Virus record (IMG/VR): IMGVR_UViG_3300042900_000746
Span: 1 to 64,000 of that record
DNA from: a virus
Lineage: Duplodnaviria; Caudoviricetes
Length of the DNA: 64,000 nucleotides
Strand: one strand, 5' to 3'
Position numbers and translations under genes: made by a program. A model generated the notes under the pieces. It had not been told where the DNA came from and ran no database searches. It was given only the letters and a program-made list of their open reading frames with translations. This document shows, in pieces, positions 46,901 to 56,642 of the stretch (its first letter is position 1; every line of letters starts with the position of its first letter).

Positions 46901-49343
46901 CAAATGCTACGGGCTTATCTACTGCTCTAGCATAGTTATATTTAGATGTTAAATTAAATGGATAAGATCTAAAAGAATTTAATACATTTAATTCATTATT
47001 TAATCTTCGTGTACCAGAAGTACTATATTGACTATCAATAACTGCGTAGGCGCCAAAATTACTTGGTATTGTTAGCTGCGGCGAAACTTTATCTGTATAC
47101 GCGTAACATTTAATATTTGGATCTGTTACTTTAAATAAATAATAAGATGAAGGTATATTTTCATTATTAATATTTGTACTGGTATTGACTACTGTCGTAT
47201 TACTTATTATGACATCAGGATTTGTGACCTCTATGAATATTTCAACATTAGATGACGATAAACTTTGAATTATTTCCCTTTGTGCAAGTGGCAAAAAACT
47301 ACTTAAGGATGATTTATAAAAATCAAATATAGAGCTATTATTATTGATAATAGCTCTAGCATATTTAGATTCTAAATTATTAATTAATACCTGTGTAAAA
47401 TACTGTTCTTTTTCATCATCAAACAACGCATTTTGATCCATAGTCCATGACGAATCCCACTGCGTAATAAAATTATATAAAGAACTTCTGATATCTATTG
47501 AACGAGTTGCTTGACTCCTGCAATATAAAGCGTAGGAAACTATATTGTACAATAATTTAAAAGGACCCTCAACGATACCAGAATACAATGTAGTTCCACT
47601 TAGATCCGCTGCAGTGGGGCCATAGTTCGAATCGGCTACTTGCTCCGGACTATTTATGCTATAAATAGAGTTGCAATATGGCATTAGTGGGAAGGTTGTT
47701 CCAATAATATTGCCTCGAGATAATGAATCTCCACTATTCGGATAGGCCAATACTACACCTGCGCTATATGTGGATGTAGAACTCGCGCCTAAATTTAGGA
47801 ATGAGTTTACTGTTGCTGCATTATTGAAATATTTATAGTTCTTATAGGCGTTTCCCCTATATGAATAATTGGATCCATATATTCCATAGTTGTCTTTTTC
47901 AAAGATACCATCTTGTATTGTCCATCCACCATTTTTAGTATTATCTAATAAAACATTAGTATCTACAGTATCTATATAGTTGGATGAAGTTGTTGCTGAA
48001 CTTAAGCTTAATTGTGGATTTAGTACTGTGGCATTGCATGTCCCACTGCTCATATCAAGAATTAAAGTTCCATTTTTTCTTAGAAATTCTTGAATTTTGG
48101 CGTTTTGATTTGCTGTTATTGATACTGGTGGAGACCAAGCTAAAACATCAAAATTATTAAGATCATCAATAGAATCTATATCGACCTTCCAATAAGAGGC
48201 CAATGTTTTGTCTGTGCCTGTTGCGTTGGGATTAACGAATGTATATTTAGCCAAATTAAACGGAGAGTTTTGCAACCTTGCAAAAACATATGGGTTAACA
48301 GTAGAATTATTTTCTTGAGTTGATGAGCTATATAAAACTCCTACCTTAACAGTTTTTTGTACAATAGTGCCAGAAGAATCTACTTCTGAACCATAGTTAA
48401 CTTGATCAAAATTAATATTATTTCTTGTCCTGGCAATCATTCGCCAGTTAAAAACTTCAAAACTTCTATAATCTTTAATGGCTTTTGACGGTACAACTAT
48501 TTGATATCCACTTTGTTGGTTTACTTGGGAAATTAAAGTGCGATATTTATGATCTATTTTTGTAATAGAAAAATTATTTTTATCTTTATAGTTATCATCT
48601 ATAACAAATGACTCTTCTGGAATTTCGTAAAAGTATGGAATGGCATTAATTGTTTCAGTATAATTTATATTTAGATTAAATATGTTTGCGTTGTCATCGC
48701 ATTCTACTTTGTCGTATACTAATTTCAAATTATTAGGTTCATCTGAATCAAGAAGCACTATAATTCTATAGGGAAATTGATTGTTTGCAAAATTATTTAA
48801 AGTTTTAAATGGTTCTAAAAGAATTCTGTATTTTTTGATATTAGTTATTGGGTCTACATATTCTTTGTTGTCTGCACCCAAAACTTTTATATTAAGATCT
48901 TTAATTGATTCAAACGGAACATATTGCTTTAAGGATATTAAAGATATATTTGCCGGACCAGTAATAAAATATCTACTGATGTACATATAGTGAACAAAGT
49001 CACTTGCGTCCGTTTTGGTAATATCTATTTTTTCTGTGTCTGTTGGTCTGTTTAAGAATATATTTCCAACAGTAATATCATTACTTGGAAAGTTATAACT
49101 TCCATCTATTTTTTTTAAGAAACCTAGCTCGTCAGCAAAGACTATGGTTGCCTTTAATCCGTCTTCATTTGTAATTCTATTTTCTTGTATACTTCCAGAT
49201 ATATCAACCATAGAGATGTTGCTGCGTGGGCTTACCTTCGATGAGGAAAACCATGATATACCAGCAGCTTCCGTGGGAATATTTTTGCCAATTTTAACTG
49301 ACTTTTCATTGCCATCTGTTGTTAAATTTTCAAACTTTTTCAT
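43932..49343 (-). CDS. Giant virion protein (1803 aa) with internal peptidoglycan-binding domain
   Basis: VKYIQ..L...VDGIYGPLTEAAVKKFQ...DGKVD.ET (about 46470-46640); C-terminal D.R..GGG. Confidence 0.75.
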   Translation of the reverse strand: MKKFENLTTDGNEKSVKIGKNIPTEAAGISWFSSSKVSPRSNISMVDISGSIQENRITNEDGLKATIVFADELGFLKKIDGSYNFPSNDITVGNIFLNRPTDTEKIDITKTDASDFVHYMYISRYFITGPANISLISLKQYVPFESIKDLNIKVLGADNKEYVDPITNIKKYRILLEPFKTLNNFANNQFPYRIIVLLDSDEPNNLKLVYDKVECDDNANIFNLNINYTETINAIPYFYEIPEESFVIDDNYKDKNNFSITKIDHKYRTLISQVNQQSGYQIVVPSKAIKDYRSFEVFNWRMIARTRNNINFDQVNYGSEVDSSGTIVQKTVKVGVLYSSSTQENNSTVNPYVFARLQNSPFNLAKYTFVNPNATGTDKTLASYWKVDIDSIDDLNNFDVLAWSPPVSITANQNAKIQEFLRKNGTLILDMSSGTCNATVLNPQLSLSSATTSSNYIDTVDTNVLLDNTKNGGWTIQDGIFEKDNYGIYGSNYSYRGNAYKNYKYFNNAATVNSFLNLGASSTSTYSAGVVLAYPNSGDSLSRGNIIGTTFPLMPYCNSIYSINSPEQVADSNYGPTAADLSGTTLYSGIVEGPFKLLYNIVSYALYCRSQATRSIDIRSSLYNFITQWDSSWTMDQNALFDDEKEQYFTQVLINNLESKYARAIINNNSSIFDFYKSSLSSFLPLAQREIIQSLSSSNVEIFIEVTNPDVIISNTTVVNTSTNINNENIPSSYYLFKVTDPNIKCYAYTDKVSPQLTIPSNFGAYAVIDSQYSTSGTRRLNNELNVLNSFRSYPFNLTSKYNYARAVDKPVAFDVTLSTGLTATFSAQLKSVRLTPTNPTLPSGEIVSTSASCINFESAIDDLRFLRPTDTSNANNVFPYTGDIDIHKDTKIWTSDRTPTGEYVKYIQFTLAAHGSYKSVVDGIYGPLTEAAVKKFQIDNEQLYEDGKVDSETKWYLTKFWKNEANFDNWITWARDVTKVPEVIKYMQAARATVVASGLESNQTYRKITFTGFGGPSEARDIIFFEVDTSKLKIVNSIEIQADDNPLWKNFSIVGYGWSSSFGKDIFKTNLRSINANAFNRDVVIQMGGMPAEDCKYMWVSVVGRSVAYYGYGEGFGIKAIEAYGTTIKDVDPGDQTVTVPARETLVTAIVVSEETHNNVTTALDASKTYTTSNLTRSASYVSSITYSDPQIFEGTKTETFANGEYKLDDNETHTFDNLMINFASAPTSVTLNSAAITTVTSNGITVTGNPVTLTASGNQYSLTTSATYYSGSQIFNITNSLATGYKLRTIDGRIFSDSRNSVDVNDGILLLCNQSGSPYGLPTSAEINTQLTGISSINSEEIDLRYGSFIVKNEIENQDGFIYGFYDILEKEFLGNQITYIDILSRGVNNIFIGVCAIDADGNTQNKNEYIGPTLNTTFKPVNVPLRTIVPVYSVKTNSNSAIKVGKINDNLSKFDAWPLRLTTGSFWKKISISSERKWTGWKANYIDQELNAEYTTVNEFEPPSSELFGFGHQDIVNESPLILSSNKIQVSSTPILAWNHPTNNRNSIVGIIKPQIKIYTRESVSSQWVEIAYSQIRDIDCYSGLVEFNKNMIPQDSQLVKVNYTTVNRDILLNHINGVPIPLNPVLNSNNIYYNQPLYIYVLPKNIYKKQNIQNNTNNLIKIDDYLYDSAINFTYDTAIFDNRSSEYDPFALPIATIYVTNNPYSVAPETVDLRLKGGGITVDKTNYELLEAIPEVLSFWDVYAPSGKAYNKGGYVIIRIPKEVKDYFVDQKEIYNIISNNLTAGIAYELQDMDGNSWN

Positions 49344-52300
49344 TACTGTTCCTCATAATCTGGATGAGAATTCTCTAAGGTTGTTATATATTCTGGAGTT
49401 GATCCAAATAGCTTTAATTGATATTGATCAAATTTTCTTAATGGAACCCATTTTTCTGGAATCCAATTTGGTGTAGCGCCATTTGCAATAACGCTAGAAG
49501 AATCTGAATGCTTATACACGAAATTAGGAGTTGCAGTTAGATCTGAACCAGCCTGCTTGCTGTGGATGAATGAACCAGGTAAAGGCAGTCCTTCGCTAGC
49601 ATACTGCACGTTATCATAAGCTTCATTCCAATAAACGATATCACCAGATATAGTAACGGCAGTTAGTGATAAATCTTCCCCATCATTTATTAATAAGTTT
49701 CTGACTATAGTTGGATCATCAATCTCAATCTTAAGGAACCAGTGACCAGGATTGGTATTCGATTCAGAAGTAATATTATTGTTTATTGCAAAAGTGCCGT
49801 CAGAATTGGTTGTTATACTATCTGCGGGAGTTCCGTCAAAGAGGTCTAACAAAGTTCTTTCCTTAATCCAATTTAGATCTATTACGTGTTCAAATGGTCT
49901 ATTTTTCCAATAAACCCTACCTACAATTGATACATTTGTTAGCCCGTCAGCTTGGATCGAATACCTTACTGGTGTTGCTTTTACCTGTAAATGAAATTTA
50001 TTATTCATATGTATTTTAAATGGTATGACTTTTTGATATCCAGCGGTTGGTGTATCTGTAATGCCAGAAATCAATATCGAACTTTCATCCAATGTGGCAG
50101 GTATGGAGCCAGTGTATCTAACTATAGTAGTTGCAAAACCATTATCGTTTGTTTGGACTTGAGGGTCTTCAGCGTCAATCTCTGTGCTATAAATGTCAAA
50201 CGACATATTTGGTTTTAAGTTTCCGTTAATATCATAAGATACTATTGATAAATACATTAAATCTTCTGCTGAATCAGTTATATGTGCTGGTGATAGGTAG
50301 GCGTCTATCGATCCATATTCATATTCATTAGTATCAATGTAAACATAGCCTTCTTCTAAGGGATTACTAACTTGATTTATATCAAGGTCTATATTGTTAT
50401 GGTTATTCATATAATCTGATTCATAGATTATCTCATAAGAAGGAGTAGGTGACACAGTTGAAGGGGTAGTGGACAAGTATAAGTTAGCTACGTAAGAATC
50501 TTTTGCGCTGGAATAGACATCTTTATCTACATAAAAAGCGTTATTAACATAATATACGACTTCGTATTCTCTACCCTGGACTGATGGGGTAGCCTCTGAG
50601 AATGGCGAAATAACATTAGTTGCCGTACTCAAATTATTATATAAAGTTTTTCCTGTATATAAATCTTTTACAGATATTTTAGATATATTTTCATATGCCA
50701 GATATAAAGAGTTGCCACTATTTCCAAGAATATTTTCAGTATTATAAAAACTTGCCTTACCTGGTGTAGCTGAATCGGTAAATATTAAATTTCTATACTG
50801 AACAGCTGGTGTAGCTGAATCATTGGCGACATTTACTATTATAGGTGCACCGAATCTAGGTATAGAAGTTAATTCAATATTAAAAAACTTTCCAGTATGA
50901 TTTTGGGTTACTGGATTAGCATAAATATAGTGTTGGTCTTGATCAAGATATAACCAGCCGGTATTTAATCCAGTAAGATATGAACTCTCATTTAGATTAG
51001 TTCTCTTGGCATTGACGTTCACATATGTTTTTTCACTTGACGATATTGAGGAGTTTAAGCTATCTAGTAGTACCTCGGGATTATCTACATAAGCTTCTAT
51101 GCTGTTCGGTGTTGCTGCAAGTTTGACATAATTGATATCATATATATCTTCTAAATCTAAATTAAAAGAAGTTCTATTTAAATCAATAGTCTGCAAAAAT
51201 TTATCTTGATTATAGAAATAATTTTTTGATTCATTTATCTTATTGTAAGTATTATTATTTTCATCAATATAACCACTAAATACATTGGGCGTTGTGGTGG
51301 CAGTGAATATATCATTAGTAATCTTATCGAATGGATAATGAGACGAAGGGGTTGCAGCGTCAACGAGTATATAATTAGGAGTAGTAGAAGAGAAGTTAAT
51401 TGTTGCAGATGTTAGATAGTCTTTAGATCCTATCAAAGTGTTATTTGATGCATAAAATCCATACTTAATATTTGGAGATGATGGAACCAAGTATGAGTTT
51501 TGGGTATATGGATCTATTGCATATCCGCCATGAGAAGAATATGATCCAGAGCGATAAAGATCTTGTATTGCTGGAGTAGCTGCATTTATGTATAGATAGT
51601 TTAGGGATGAACCTGGTGGATATATGATCTTATCTAATAAATCATCTTTAAAAGATATAATTTTATTTTCTTTGCCGGAAGCAGATATATCATTTACGGA
51701 GTTTAATACAATATTAGAAGTTAATACATCAGAATTTTTTACCTCTTGCTTAGTTTCATAAACAGTGGATCCAATTCGTAGATTTGCATTTGTATAGTCT
51801 ATATTTGGTGATGTTAATGTGGTAGAGGTGCTAGGGCTTGGGTCGGATACATATGCTATGGGTGATGTGTTAAAAGAAGCTCTATAACCAGCAACTTCGA
51901 TTGTATCGTATGACTGTGTTCCCTGATTCCATCTAACACTATACGTAGTCTTAACGCTGGCTGCGTCATAGACACTAATTGAATTTGATGCTGGGGTAGC
52001 CTCTGTATTATAATACACGTCATTTGTTACTTTATTTCTAAACTCAAGATCGGTTAAAGTTAATCCATCTTGGTCAAATATTTTTATCAGACTAAATTCT
52101 GGACTTGCAGAGTGAGTAGATAAGAATCTATTTCCAACGTACATATCATCTCTATCTAGATAAGATAGATTGGTATAAAAAGTATTTGTTGCTGCATAGT
52201 TATCGTGGGGCGGTATAACAATTTCGTATGCTACTGCTACTCCTATGCTTTCGAACGGAACGGCAGTAAAAGACCGCACTGGACGCACGCGGATCGTGGG

Positions 52301-54433
52301 GGTCATCTTGTCGATGTTGGCGGACTGATTGCCGTTGGAGAAATTCTTGTACCACGCGAAGACGTTGCCGTTCTCAGAAGAACTCCAATAGGTGAAAGTA
52401 GAAAAATCGTCGCCAAGAGCAACACGGTTTGTATAAATTTCGGCAAGTTCATCTTTCGACGGCAAGAACCAATCTGATTGTCCGCCAGAAACTAGTTCAC
52501 TACAATACACTGCGGCCGATGTTGCTGCCACATTTCCTGATTGAGCAACAATATCAATAGTATTTTGTGCACCCGTACCAATCGCTGTACCGTCAGCGCC
52601 AGAAGCTGCCGAATACTGGTTCGCGCCAGTAGACCAAGTTCTTTGTACTTGTGTTGATACTGGAGCTACCTCAAAATATCTACCCGTAGAGTTTCCTGCC
52701 GTAGATGGGGTAATAAAAATCTTGCCACCACCAGGACCAATATCCCCAATTGCGTAGGATCCGGTACCAGCTTTTCTTCTGGGGGCTTCGTAATCTGAAA
52801 CTGTTCTAGTATAATTTAAATACCAAGAATAATGGATGTCTACTGGAGAATATACATACGAGGGGGTACTACTTATTTTTGTTCCGCCAATTTCAATATG
52901 TCCAGAAAATGATACCGTTGCTGATTCAACTGGATCTATCATTAACTTAGCGTCGTCAAAATCACCAACACCTGGTTGATAGTACTCAGCTGGCAGATCT
53001 GTATCTGTATCGTAAATTGCTGCAATTCGGCTTATACCTTCACCTAGTGTTCCAGCATAATCCCATACTCCATCGCCCCAATTAACATATCCTAAATTAC
53101 TTGGATATTTAATATTCAATTCTTCTACTAACTGCTTAAAGGCTGGAAGTGGCTTACCATCTTCGGAGAAATAATCTGCTGAAGATTCAATATCAGATAT
53201 TTCTAAAATCTCTGGAGTTGCGCCTGAATAATCAGAATCCGGCGTGGAACCGTATGCTCTCCATAGGTCTAACTCTCTTCTAAGAGTTTTCTTGTAGGCG
53301 TCCATAGAGACACCAGGAATGTTCTTAGTGACATCTAAAATTCTTTTTCTATAATTAGAGTTTGACTCTAGATTAAGTCTCGGCAGGCTGACTCGAGCAC
53401 CAAATTCATCAAAGTCATTATATATATTTAAAGGGTCTTGACCATATGTGGTGTTATTAACTTTTAATATTGAAAAATTTCTCATTGTTATTATTTGACG
53501 ATCCACCGCATTATAATAAAATACATAATCTGTAGATCGAGAACTAAAGAATTCCAATAAAGAAGAAACTCTACTCAACGGTATATCATCGCCAACTATT
53601 GTATTGATATTAGCTGGAACATTATATGATACATAACACCATGCTAGTTCATTGATATCTGCGCTATTGATATAGGCATTAATTCCATATAGATCAATCT
53701 TACCGGATATATAATCTAAATTTTCTCCAACTAGGGCATTTAGAAATGCACCGCCAGTTGAGTTGGGGGTCGCTAGACTCGGCGTAGCATCGGCCATTGA
53801 GTCTTCGAATAATGCTGTCCAAGAAGGAAATCTTTTAAGAATATTTCTTACAGAATTAGATATTACTGGAGAAATTGGATTATAAATTCCTATTTCTAAA
53901 TAAAATACTAAACCAAGTTGATTGATGTTTATTTCATCAGCATATATTTCAAGTTCTACTTTTATATATGGCTTTGCATTTCTGATAAAAATAGCGTTGG
54001 TATCTCCACGAAGGGAAGATTTTAGCCACGGTCCATCTTCATCATCTGACTCATACATCTGAATATTAAAAGTGGGAGATATAGTTCCTGGTATATTTGT
54101 AAAAATATGCCTATAACTTAGAATATCTATTCTTGAAGAAGTGTCTATAAACCTTTGAACGTTAGGAGTGGCTTCTTCGTATATTATTTCTCCAATGTCT
54201 GTCATATATATAGCGTTGGAGGTTAGCGGAGTATGGCCACCCAATGTAGATGGTGAAGTCAATTCTGTTCCGACGAATGTTTTATCACCTATCAAATCTA
54301 AGCCAGATGGTGACCTTATAGATGAGTAGTTCTTATACTGATTATTGCTATATAAATTTATAGAGTCAGTTGTCCATATATTGCCAGATTTATTAAAATC
54401 AGAACTTTTTAAAAGTAACAAATATTGCTTCAT
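49343..54433 (-). CDS. Baseplate wedge-like protein (1696 aa) with inserted C-type lectin (Lcl/DUF1566-like) domain
   Basis: FDEFG..VSLPRL.LESN.NYRKRI (wedge gpI/gp7-like), follows baseplate J; aa about 560-722: YAIGDIGPGGG.IF, DWFLPSKDEL, YWSSSE, VRPVRSF. Confidence 0.75.
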   Translation of the reverse strand: MKQYLLLLKSSDFNKSGNIWTTDSINLYSNNQYKNYSSIRSPSGLDLIGDKTFVGTELTSPSTLGGHTPLTSNAIYMTDIGEIIYEEATPNVQRFIDTSSRIDILSYRHIFTNIPGTISPTFNIQMYESDDEDGPWLKSSLRGDTNAIFIRNAKPYIKVELEIYADEININQLGLVFYLEIGIYNPISPVISNSVRNILKRFPSWTALFEDSMADATPSLATPNSTGGAFLNALVGENLDYISGKIDLYGINAYINSADINELAWCYVSYNVPANINTIVGDDIPLSRVSSLLEFFSSRSTDYVFYYNAVDRQIITMRNFSILKVNNTTYGQDPLNIYNDFDEFGARVSLPRLNLESNSNYRKRILDVTKNIPGVSMDAYKKTLRRELDLWRAYGSTPDSDYSGATPEILEISDIESSADYFSEDGKPLPAFKQLVEELNIKYPSNLGYVNWGDGVWDYAGTLGEGISRIAAIYDTDTDLPAEYYQPGVGDFDDAKLMIDPVESATVSFSGHIEIGGTKISSTPSYVYSPVDIHYSWYLNYTRTVSDYEAPRRKAGTGSYAIGDIGPGGGKIFITPSTAGNSTGRYFEVAPVSTQVQRTWSTGANQYSAASGADGTAIGTGAQNTIDIVAQSGNVAATSAAVYCSELVSGGQSDWFLPSKDELAEIYTNRVALGDDFSTFTYWSSSENGNVFAWYKNFSNGNQSANIDKMTPTIRVRPVRSFTAVPFESIGVAVAYEIVIPPHDNYAATNTFYTNLSYLDRDDMYVGNRFLSTHSASPEFSLIKIFDQDGLTLTDLEFRNKVTNDVYYNTEATPASNSISVYDAASVKTTYSVRWNQGTQSYDTIEVAGYRASFNTSPIAYVSDPSPSTSTTLTSPNIDYTNANLRIGSTVYETKQEVKNSDVLTSNIVLNSVNDISASGKENKIISFKDDLLDKIIYPPGSSLNYLYINAATPAIQDLYRSGSYSSHGGYAIDPYTQNSYLVPSSPNIKYGFYASNNTLIGSKDYLTSATINFSSTTPNYILVDAATPSSHYPFDKITNDIFTATTTPNVFSGYIDENNNTYNKINESKNYFYNQDKFLQTIDLNRTSFNLDLEDIYDINYVKLAATPNSIEAYVDNPEVLLDSLNSSISSSEKTYVNVNAKRTNLNESSYLTGLNTGWLYLDQDQHYIYANPVTQNHTGKFFNIELTSIPRFGAPIIVNVANDSATPAVQYRNLIFTDSATPGKASFYNTENILGNSGNSLYLAYENISKISVKDLYTGKTLYNNLSTATNVISPFSEATPSVQGREYEVVYYVNNAFYVDKDVYSSAKDSYVANLYLSTTPSTVSPTPSYEIIYESDYMNNHNNIDLDINQVSNPLEEGYVYIDTNEYEYGSIDAYLSPAHITDSAEDLMYLSIVSYDINGNLKPNMSFDIYSTEIDAEDPQVQTNDNGFATTIVRYTGSIPATLDESSILISGITDTPTAGYQKVIPFKIHMNNKFHLQVKATPVRYSIQADGLTNVSIVGRVYWKNRPFEHVIDLNWIKERTLLDLFDGTPADSITTNSDGTFAINNNITSESNTNPGHWFLKIEIDDPTIVRNLLINDGEDLSLTAVTISGDIVYWNEAYDNVQYASEGLPLPGSFIHSKQAGSDLTATPNFVYKHSDSSSVIANGATPNWIPEKWVPLRKFDQYQLKLFGSTPEYITTLENSHPDYEEQ
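52268..52390 (-). other. Candidate DGR variable region (VR)
   Basis: Between YWSSSE and VRPVRSF, 19 of 28 codons end in C and none in A; local GC is sharply higher than in the flanks. Confidence 0.7.
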
Positions 54434-54445
54434 GCAAAAACCTTT

Positions 54446-55615
54446 TTAATAATTAGAAGATCCTATTATAACAGAATATATATTCACACTTCCAGCTGTA
54501 ACGTATTCTTTTATACTATTTGGCATAAAATCTCTTAATGGTAGCTCTTTGCCATCAGCTGTAAATGTATTAATAGTGACGCCTCTTACAAGATCGGAAG
54601 AAAGCTTTATTTGTTGTTCTATTTCAGATAATGAAACAGTATTTCCAATAGTCATAGAATTTAAATATCGCTTAACAAACATCGCTGCCTGATTTCGCAC
54701 TCCATTAATTATAGTATCTGAGTTACCTGAGGGAATGGTTATTGTAGCTGAAACGTTAATGCTAATTTTCTCTGCTACTCTTACATTGAATCTGACACCA
54801 ACAGGCTTAACAGCACTGATTGCACTTAGAATTGCTTGTGGCAAAGCTTTGATCGCAGATGAAACCTCAGGAACTACAATGACGTCACATGACCCTATTC
54901 CATAAGAGGCTTCACGTATCCTTACGTCTTTCACTCCTTTAACCGAAAGGGCTGCAAATCTTACGGATTCGACTGTGCCTGGAGCCTTAGTCTTCATGGA
55001 AGCTAGTATTCTTCTACGATAATTATCATCAGACTCTGATGTAATATTGGAGTAAATTTCCTTGGGGTTATTGGAGAAAACAACTACTGTTGGCGGTGCA
55101 ATAAAATTATGTTTAGTGAGCGAATTTTTAGGGGCAACATATGAGTTATCTGAGAAATTTGGTTCAGCCCTACCATAGGATCTTGTAGCGCCAGCTGGTA
55201 TAGAAACAGTCGAAGATAATTTGTAGCTATATTGTTTAGTGGTAAAATTAGACACGTCATTGTATAATAATGTACCAGCTGGTATTGTTATTCCTGCGCT
55301 GTGGGGTTTATCTATGAAAAATTCTACGTTAAAAGATTGTCTTTCTTCTGCGACAAAATTTGTAACGGACTTTCTTGAGACACCATATAGATCTCCAATT
55401 AAGTCTAAATTCCTACCAGACGCTGTACTTAAGTTACTTTGCGAAACAGTAAATCTAAATGCCTCATAAAGATCAGATATCTCCGCACTAACTGACTCTG
55501 CGAAGGCTCTAGCAATAGAGCCTGGATAAATGGCTGTAATACCAGCATTTTTTTCAAGCCCATTAAGTATGGAGACTAGGATTTCTGATTTATTTTTAAC
55601 ACCGTAAATAGCCAT
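54446..55615 (-). CDS. Baseplate J-like protein
   Basis: GSIARA..E, ASGR.LDLIG..YGV.R, IPAGT, ESDDNYRRRI, GT..SV..AAL.V.GV. Confidence 0.9.
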   Translation of the reverse strand: MAIYGVKNKSEILVSILNGLEKNAGITAIYPGSIARAFAESVSAEISDLYEAFRFTVSQSNLSTASGRNLDLIGDLYGVSRKSVTNFVAEERQSFNVEFFIDKPHSAGITIPAGTLLYNDVSNFTTKQYSYKLSSTVSIPAGATRSYGRAEPNFSDNSYVAPKNSLTKHNFIAPPTVVVFSNNPKEIYSNITSESDDNYRRRILASMKTKAPGTVESVRFAALSVKGVKDVRIREASYGIGSCDVIVVPEVSSAIKALPQAILSAISAVKPVGVRFNVRVAEKISINVSATITIPSGNSDTIINGVRNQAAMFVKRYLNSMTIGNTVSLSEIEQQIKLSSDLVRGVTINTFTADGKELPLRDFMPNSIKEYVTAGSVNIYSVIIGSSNY

Positions 55616-55996
55616 TTATGCTCCTAAAGTCTGACTAACAGATAGAACTACTGGTTGATCAATATCTGAAATTATATGAACATCAAAACGAATAGTATCC
55701 TTACTGGTAGGAACTGAATCTATTTTAATATTTCTACCCTTAAAAATACCTTCTCTTTGCAATCCTGTTTGAATTAGCTTTTTGCCAAATTCTCCGGTTT
55801 CTGCAGACTGGGGCATTCCATATAGTAAAGATAAATCAATGCCTAACAGTGGATATATGTAAAAATCTCCAGGCTCTGTCATTAGCCTAATATAAGCCTG
55901 TTGTACATCGCTCTGCATGGAGGAGTTAGTTAAAACGATATCCTTATTGCCACCAATTAATATGTCTCCATTTAGTGTAAAATATAAATCACTCAT
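55616..55996 (-). CDS. Baseplate wedge gp25/W-like protein
   Basis: D....GD, Q....RL.TEPG.F..YP..G..L; directly upstream of J. Confidence 0.75.
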   Translation of the reverse strand: MSDLYFTLNGDILIGGNKDIVLTNSSMQSDVQQAYIRLMTEPGDFYIYPLLGIDLSLLYGMPQSAETGEFGKKLIQTGLQREGIFKGRNIKIDSVPTSKDTIRFDVHIISDIDQPVVLSVSQTLGA

Positions 55997-56642
55997 TCAT
56001 TTCCCTTAATGCCCTTAGGTGAGATTGGTCAAAAGTAAGACCTTCTCTAATGTATTTTACCATTAGATCGATATGCTCTTTCGAATAATTGGAAGAGTAT
56101 GCTTCTAGCAGTCCAACTTGTTCAAAAGTTAAATCGGACAAGTTATCCTCCGAAGTATACGTCTGCTGAGGTATTATCTGCTCTTGATTAAAACCATAGT
56201 CACCAGATATAGTAATGGTCTTTTGATTTTCCTGATCTTCTAAATCGTTCATCCTATCTAAATAATATGAAATACCATTTTGAGCTGAATGAATATTCTT
56301 ATAGTTTAGTTTGACCAACGTAGGTTCCGAGTAATCAGATGAAGAATAGTTAAAATTATAATTATTCCACCTAAGTCCGTCCTCGTTACAGTGCATTCTA
56401 ATTTGATCTCCGAATAAGGATATACTCTTAGATCTACCACTGATGACTATTCCAACTCCGGGGGCAGCAAAGATCTCTATATCTCCCTGATCATTTAATC
56501 GTATAAAACTAGATAAATCAGGGTGAGTTAATCCAACTTCTCTATCAGAAAATTCTTTTCTTTTTTGGACTTCTGATTCAACTGGAAAATTCATTTCCTG
56601 TTTATTCCGTCTATTCATAGCTCCAGTATCTAAGATATCCAT
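55989..56642 (-). CDS. Putative baseplate spike-associated protein
   Basis: SFIRLNDQGDIEIFA..G.GI.I beta-strand repeats typical of the gp5/V region; operon position. Confidence 0.55.
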   Translation of the reverse strand: MDILDTGAMNRRNKQEMNFPVESEVQKRKEFSDREVGLTHPDLSSFIRLNDQGDIEIFAAPGVGIVISGRSKSISLFGDQIRMHCNEDGLRWNNYNFNYSSSDYSEPTLVKLNYKNIHSAQNGISYYLDRMNDLEDQENQKTITISGDYGFNQEQIIPQQTYTSEDNLSDLTFEQVGLLEAYSSNYSKEHIDLMVKYIREGLTFDQSHLRALREMNE

